This document shows, piece by piece, positions 59,489 to 64,000 of a stretch of DNA of 64,000 bases. This DNA is from Vulcanimicrobiota bacterium (GTDB lineage: Bacteria; Vulcanimicrobiota; Xenobia; Xenobiales; JADMJV01). Both the position numbers and the translations under genes were made by a program. Location: positions 128,001-192,000 of the forward strand of contig JBFWNU010000007.1 of the NCBI GenBank assembly GCA_050250895.1. Reading direction: 5' to 3'. A model generated the notes under the pieces. It saw only the letters and a list, made by a program, of their open reading frames with translations. It was not told the origin of the DNA and ran no database searches. Within the stretch, counting starts at the first letter, position 1; the number at the start of each line of letters is the position of its first letter.

Positions 59489-60946
59489 ATGCGAGTGTTT
59501 CTGTTGTTGATTGTCTTGTCCGTGCCGGCGCTGGCCCAACCGTGGAACTGGGCGCACCAGTACAAGGTGGAGGAGGTGCTCAAAGACCCCGAGCCCTTCT
59601 TGCAGCGATACGTCGAGGGCGAGGCCCGCTTTTTCGCCATGGCCCGCCACCCCCAGAGCGCTTTGACCTATGACGGTTGGAATCTCGACGAGCAGGGCAG
59701 GCCGATTGGGCCCCGAGACTTTTCCGCTCCCTCGAAAGAGTCGCTGGATGTGGCGCTGTTGACCAAAGGGATCGAGGGTCACCCCCTGGCAGCTCGTTTG
59801 ATCTCGCCTGACGATCCCAGGCGGGCCCCCGGATTGGCGGCCGAGATCCTCGAGCGCAAGCTCGACAGCTACTGGGCTTGGTACCAGAAATACCCGGGCT
59901 ATGGTGGCTACTTCCCCTGGTTCAAATGCGGTGAGGCGATCGAGCCCACCGACGACTGGGTAGGAGCCATTTGCGGCCTCGACAACGGCGAATGGGTCTG
60001 GTCGATGTTGGTGGCCGAACGCGAAGCCCGTTACCGCTATCCCGAGCTGGCCGAGAAGCTCCACCGCTTCAATTCGCTGCTCAAGGAACGGGCCGCCCCG
60101 ATCTTCTACGACCCCCTGGCTGGCCTGGTGCGCGGCGACGCCAAGATCCTCGACATGAAAGACCCCAACACGGGCTATGTCACCAACACCAAAGGAGCCA
60201 GGTTTCTGTGGGGCGAGCACACCGTGCACGAAGGAGTCATGCTGGTGATGTTCGTGACCCTCTACGGGCAAGGCTTGCCGGCCGATGCCTCCGAGCGTAT
60301 CTGGGCCGGCACCCGCATGTTGCGGGTCGACCACCCTTACGGCACCAGTTGGCAGGCCTGGTATGGCTCAGCCCACGAGGAGTGGGCCTATCTCTTCTTG
60401 CCTTATCGTGACATGCCCGAATATAGCGACCTGTTTCGCATTCGTCAGGCCATTCGCACCCAGAACGCCAATCACCGCGGCTACCCGGGGCTGCACGCCT
60501 CGGCCCTGACTCCGGGCCAGAAAGGCTACTGGACCGGAAGCGGCATCGAGGGTCTGGGCACGCAGAAGCTGATCCATCAAGAGATGTTCGCCCTCTACGG
60601 CGCCTATCCGGTCATTCTCGAGGACCGGGCCGTGGGGGCCGCCTGGCTTCTCAACATGCTGCAGGGGCCGGGTCAGCAGACCGAACTCGGTGGGGGCGAG
60701 TCGGGCTTGATGGACGGTAGCGCCTGGTGCTCGTCCAAGACCATCGATGGCACGTTCACCATCTTGTTGGCGGTCATGGGTGGAATGGACAAAGAGACCA
60801 CCGAGCTACTGCGAGAAGATGGTCTCTACGACCAGTTTCGCGAGATCATGGGCCGGGAGTATCGCGAAGCCTTCGGCACGGCCGCCCTGCAAGAACCGGC
60901 CGGCCTGATCGGTCCGCCCGGCCCGGTTCCCCGTGCAACCCCGTAA
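59489..60946 (+). CDS. Secreted glycoside hydrolase, GH162-like endo-beta-1,2-glucanase
   Basis: Signal peptide; LTYDG, FSAPSKES, YPGYGGYFPW, LDNGE, SAHEEW, recalled as similar to fungal GH162. Confidence 0.6.
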   Translation: MRVFLLLIVLSVPALAQPWNWAHQYKVEEVLKDPEPFLQRYVEGEARFFAMARHPQSALTYDGWNLDEQGRPIGPRDFSAPSKESLDVALLTKGIEGHPLAARLISPDDPRRAPGLAAEILERKLDSYWAWYQKYPGYGGYFPWFKCGEAIEPTDDWVGAICGLDNGEWVWSMLVAEREARYRYPELAEKLHRFNSLLKERAAPIFYDPLAGLVRGDAKILDMKDPNTGYVTNTKGARFLWGEHTVHEGVMLVMFVTLYGQGLPADASERIWAGTRMLRVDHPYGTSWQAWYGSAHEEWAYLFLPYRDMPEYSDLFRIRQAIRTQNANHRGYPGLHASALTPGQKGYWTGSGIEGLGTQKLIHQEMFALYGAYPVILEDRAVGAAWLLNMLQGPGQQTELGGGESGLMDGSAWCSSKTIDGTFTILLAVMGGMDKETTELLREDGLYDQFREIMGREYREAFGTAALQEPAGLIGPPGPVPRATP

Positions 60947-62057
60947 TCCGCACGAGCAACATCGGGCGGCCACTCCGCTCGAGTTGCTCTTTGACCTGTG
61001 CTTCGTCGTGGCCATCGCTAGCGGAGCCGGCGAACTTCATCACGCCTTAAGCCACGGGGAGGTGGCCGGCCCCATCATCAGCTATCTGCTGGTGTTCTTC
61101 GCCATCTGGTGGGCCTGGATGAATTACACCTGGTTCGCCTCGGCCTATGACCCCGACGACACCCTCCACCGCCTCGGAGTGCTGGTGCAAATGGGGGGCG
61201 TGCTGGTGTTGGCGGCGGGGGTTCCGCAAGCCTTCGAGCACCACAACTTTCGGGTGGTCACGGCCGGCTACGTCATCATGCGCCTGGCCCTGATTTCTCA
61301 GTGGTTGCGGGCAGCCCACTGCGATCCCGCCCGTCGCACCACCGCCCGGCGCTACGCTGGCGGTCTGTTCGTGGTGCAGTTGGGTTGGGTGGCGCTGGCG
61401 CTCCTGCCGGTCCACCTCTGGGCCTACTTCTTTCTAGGGATGGCCCCGGCCGAGCTGTTGGTTCCGGTGTGGGCCGAACGAGCCGAGCCCACCCCCTGGC
61501 ACCCCGGACATATCGCCGAACGCTATGGGTTGTTGACCCTGATCGTGCTTGGCGAGGTGGTGCTATCGACGGCCAGAGCCATTCAGGCAGGGCTCGAGGC
61601 TGGCCTATCCGGCCCTCTCCTGGCGGCCACGGCGGTGGGGGCCCTGTTGACCCTGTTCTCGATGTGGTGGCTGTATTTCTTGCATCCTGCCGAAGAGTGT
61701 CTGACCCACCAGGTCGCCTTTCTCTGGGGCTATGGACACTATGCGATCTTCGCCTCGGCGGCGGCGGTCGGGGCGGGGCTGGCGGCGGCCACCGAGCAGT
61801 TGACCCATCACGGTCAGGTCGATCAGGGCATGGCCATTGCCCTTCCTGCAGCCATTTACATCGTTATGGTCTGGGTCCTACAGCTGAGACCGGGGGCCAG
61901 CCGCGCCACCGCTCTAGTCTGTGTCGCGGGGGCGGTCCTGGTCCTGGTGGCCGGCGCCTCGCCCCGTCCTATCCTCTCCATCGGGCTGATGTTGGCCCTG
62001 TTGGCGGCGGCCGTCACCTTGAGTTGTCCGGTCGCCGGGCGCGCCCAAACCGATTGA
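60933..62057 (+). CDS. ltrA: Low temperature requirement protein A family membrane protein
   Basis: ATPLELLFDLCFVVA, IWWAW, HIAERYGLLTLIVLGE. Confidence 0.92.
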   Translation: MQPRNPHEQHRAATPLELLFDLCFVVAIASGAGELHHALSHGEVAGPIISYLLVFFAIWWAWMNYTWFASAYDPDDTLHRLGVLVQMGGVLVLAAGVPQAFEHHNFRVVTAGYVIMRLALISQWLRAAHCDPARRTTARRYAGGLFVVQLGWVALALLPVHLWAYFFLGMAPAELLVPVWAERAEPTPWHPGHIAERYGLLTLIVLGEVVLSTARAIQAGLEAGLSGPLLAATAVGALLTLFSMWWLYFLHPAEECLTHQVAFLWGYGHYAIFASAAAVGAGLAAATEQLTHHGQVDQGMAIALPAAIYIVMVWVLQLRPGASRATALVCVAGAVLVLVAGASPRPILSIGLMLALLAAAVTLSCPVAGRAQTD

Positions 62058-62109
62058 GACCGCAAAGAAAGTCTAGAGGAATTCGGGCTCGGGTTCAGAA
62101 TGGCGTGGT

Positions 62110-62364
62110 ATGCTTTTCAACCAAATCTATCTGGTGTTCACGGAGTATCTCAAGGAATTCGTGCCTGCACAGAAGACCGAGATCCTGCTGTTGGCGCTTT
62201 CGATCTTTATCATGTCGTGCTGCCTTTGGGAGCAAGCCGTCACCAGCGGTTTGTCGGGCGAGCTTACCTACGCGACGCTCCATCCTGGGGTGACCTTCTC
62301 GGGCATCGGCACTTCGTTGTTGCTGGTGGCGCTGACGGTAGTTTTTCCGGCCCAGTCCGAATAG
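62110..62364 (+). CDS. Small membrane hypothetical protein
   Basis: Two hydrophobic segments; terminator follows. Confidence 0.45.
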   Translation: MLFNQIYLVFTEYLKEFVPAQKTEILLLALSIFIMSCCLWEQAVTSGLSGELTYATLHPGVTFSGIGTSLLLVALTVVFPAQSE

Positions 62365-62378
62365 GTAGCGCAGACGAG

Positions 62379-62406
62379 AAAGCCCGGGCTTGACCCGGGC
62401 TTTTTT
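62379..62406 (+). terminator. Intrinsic terminator
   Basis: AAAGCCCGGG-cttga-CCCGGGCTTTTTT. Confidence 0.8.
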
Positions 62407-62420
62407 GGTGTACGAGGAGT

Positions 62421-63905
62421 TTGGCGGTGGGACTGACTCTGGCGATAGTGGTAGTGGCCCTGGTTCTGTTCGTCTGGGAGCCCTTTCCGGTCGAATTGAC
62501 CGCTTTGCTGGCAGCGGCCATGCTGGTGGCTGGCGGGGTCCTGACGGCCGACGAGGGGTTCGGCGGGTTCGGCGACCCGGCCGTCATCACCGTGGGTGCG
62601 ATGTGCGTGCTGGCCTCGGGTTTGACTCGCACGGGAGCTCTGACGGGCGTCTCTGGCCGGCTCGAGGGCCTATTTCAGAGGAGTTTCTCGGCGGGGTTTG
62701 TGGCCCTTCTCTTGCTGGTGGGAGGGTTGTCGGCATTCCTCAACAACACCGCCTGCGTCGCCCTGTTTCTTCCCGTGACCTTTCACCTGGCCCGAGTCTC
62801 GGGCCGCAGCGTCTCCCGCTTATTGATCCCCCTCTCGTATGCCGCTATCCTGGGGGGCACATGCACGCTGGTGGGGACCAGCACCAACCTGGTGGTCAAC
62901 TCGGTGCTGGTCTCGCACCACCTCGAGCCCTTCGCTCTGTTCGAGTTCACCCGGCTCGGCTTGCTCAGCTTGGGTTTCGGAGTGGCTTACCTGGCTATCC
63001 TGGGGGTGCGCCTGCTACCGGATCGGCGCACTCCCGAGCCGGCCGAGTCTCCTCAGATCGAAGTGGCGCTGCAGCCTCACAGTCCGCTGGTGGGAAGCAG
63101 CCTGGCCGAGACCTCGCTCATCGACGAGCTGGGAGGCAGGGTGGTCGCCGTCCATCACCACGACGAACTCGTGGAGCAACAGGTCGAGGCCCTCGTGCTG
63201 GAAGGGGGCGACACCCTGGTGCTCGACCTGCCTCAGGAGCGCCTGCCGGGTCTGCGGGTCCACCCGGAGCTGGTAGTGTTGTCCGATTCGGCTCCCGCGC
63301 CGCCCCGGCGCCACCGAATGGGACTGGCCATCGCCATCTTCCTGGCCGTGCTGGCTCTCTCCGCCAGCGAGATGGTTCCGCTGGCCGCGGCCGCCACCCT
63401 GGGGGCGGTGGCCATGGTGGCCTCGGGCTGTCTCACCATTCGTGAGGCTTACCAGGGTCTCGAGCTGCGTGTTCTATTGATGATCGGCGCCAGCCTGGCG
63501 CTGGGCGTGGCTCTGGAGAAGAGCGGGGCCGCTCCGACCCTGGCTCGCTTTTTTTCACTCCATTTAGCCGCCTACGGACCTCAAGTGATGCTGGCTGGAC
63601 TGTATCTGCTCACCATGCTCATGACCGAGGTCCTGTCGAACACCGCCACGGCCGCCCTGGTCTCGCCGGTGGCCATCGCCCTGGCTCTCGAGCATCAACT
63701 CGACCCGCGTCCCTTTCTCGTGGCCGTGACCTTCGCCGCCTCCGCCTCTTTCATGACTCCGCTCGGCTATCAGACCAACACGATGGTCTATGGTTCGGGC
63801 CACTACCGTTTTACCGACTTCCTGAAGGTCGGCCTGCCGTTGAACTTCACCTTGTGGGTGGCGGCCTCCACGCTTATCCCACGCTGGTGGCCGGTTCAGC
63901 TCTGA
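62421..63905 (+). CDS. SLC13/CitMHS-family permease with a TrkA-C domain
   Basis: SAFLNNT, GGTCTLVGTSTN, SNTATA, FMTPLGYQTN, GHYRFTDF. Confidence 0.92.
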   Translation: MAVGLTLAIVVVALVLFVWEPFPVELTALLAAAMLVAGGVLTADEGFGGFGDPAVITVGAMCVLASGLTRTGALTGVSGRLEGLFQRSFSAGFVALLLLVGGLSAFLNNTACVALFLPVTFHLARVSGRSVSRLLIPLSYAAILGGTCTLVGTSTNLVVNSVLVSHHLEPFALFEFTRLGLLSLGFGVAYLAILGVRLLPDRRTPEPAESPQIEVALQPHSPLVGSSLAETSLIDELGGRVVAVHHHDELVEQQVEALVLEGGDTLVLDLPQERLPGLRVHPELVVLSDSAPAPPRRHRMGLAIAIFLAVLALSASEMVPLAAAATLGAVAMVASGCLTIREAYQGLELRVLLMIGASLALGVALEKSGAAPTLARFFSLHLAAYGPQVMLAGLYLLTMLMTEVLSNTATAALVSPVAIALALEHQLDPRPFLVAVTFAASASFMTPLGYQTNTMVYGSGHYRFTDFLKVGLPLNFTLWVAASTLIPRWWPVQL

Positions 63906-64000
63906 GTTTTCAGTCTAGTTTCAGGACCGCCCTCTAGGCTCCAGGGTGGAGGTCCGCAACCATGCACGTCATTTCACTTTCTCCGCGCTCCGCCGCGGCT

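Noticed and set aside
59360-60334. N-terminal half of the 693-aa minus-strand ORF
   Set aside because: It is antisense to the GH gene, and an RBS supports the start at 59359.

Overview
GC-rich bacterial chromosomal window, densely coded (about 55 genes plus tRNA-Tyr). I found no rRNA, CRISPR array, integrase or transposase. The main candidate for an undescribed system is a Pel-like exopolysaccharide operon (904-9762): 3xPilZ protein, STAS protein, pelE-like, pelF, pelG, GGDEF-less pelD-like, 2xPilZ protein and an exported TPR protein. c-di-GMP sensing appears to have moved from PelD to dedicated multi-PilZ subunits, and no pelA/B/C are visible. Other notable items: a 24-codon ORF behind a perfect TGTGA-N6-TCACA site at class II spacing; a wHTH/membrane-protein/ispH unit with a duplicated operator; a bacterial SLC4 (band 3-like) transporter with a PTS-IIA-like domain; a rhodanese-Nfu fusion; an AK-HSD-ACT fusion; a Wsp/ACF-type chemosensory cluster bounded by a 13-bp direct repeat; a PG-binding L,D-peptidase-like protein; and a GH162-like glucanase. 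The rest is housekeeping (leuB-like, hbd/crt/thiolase, moeA, deoB, aminotransferase, ftsY, glyA). All calls come from motif recognition by eye, and no database searches were run.
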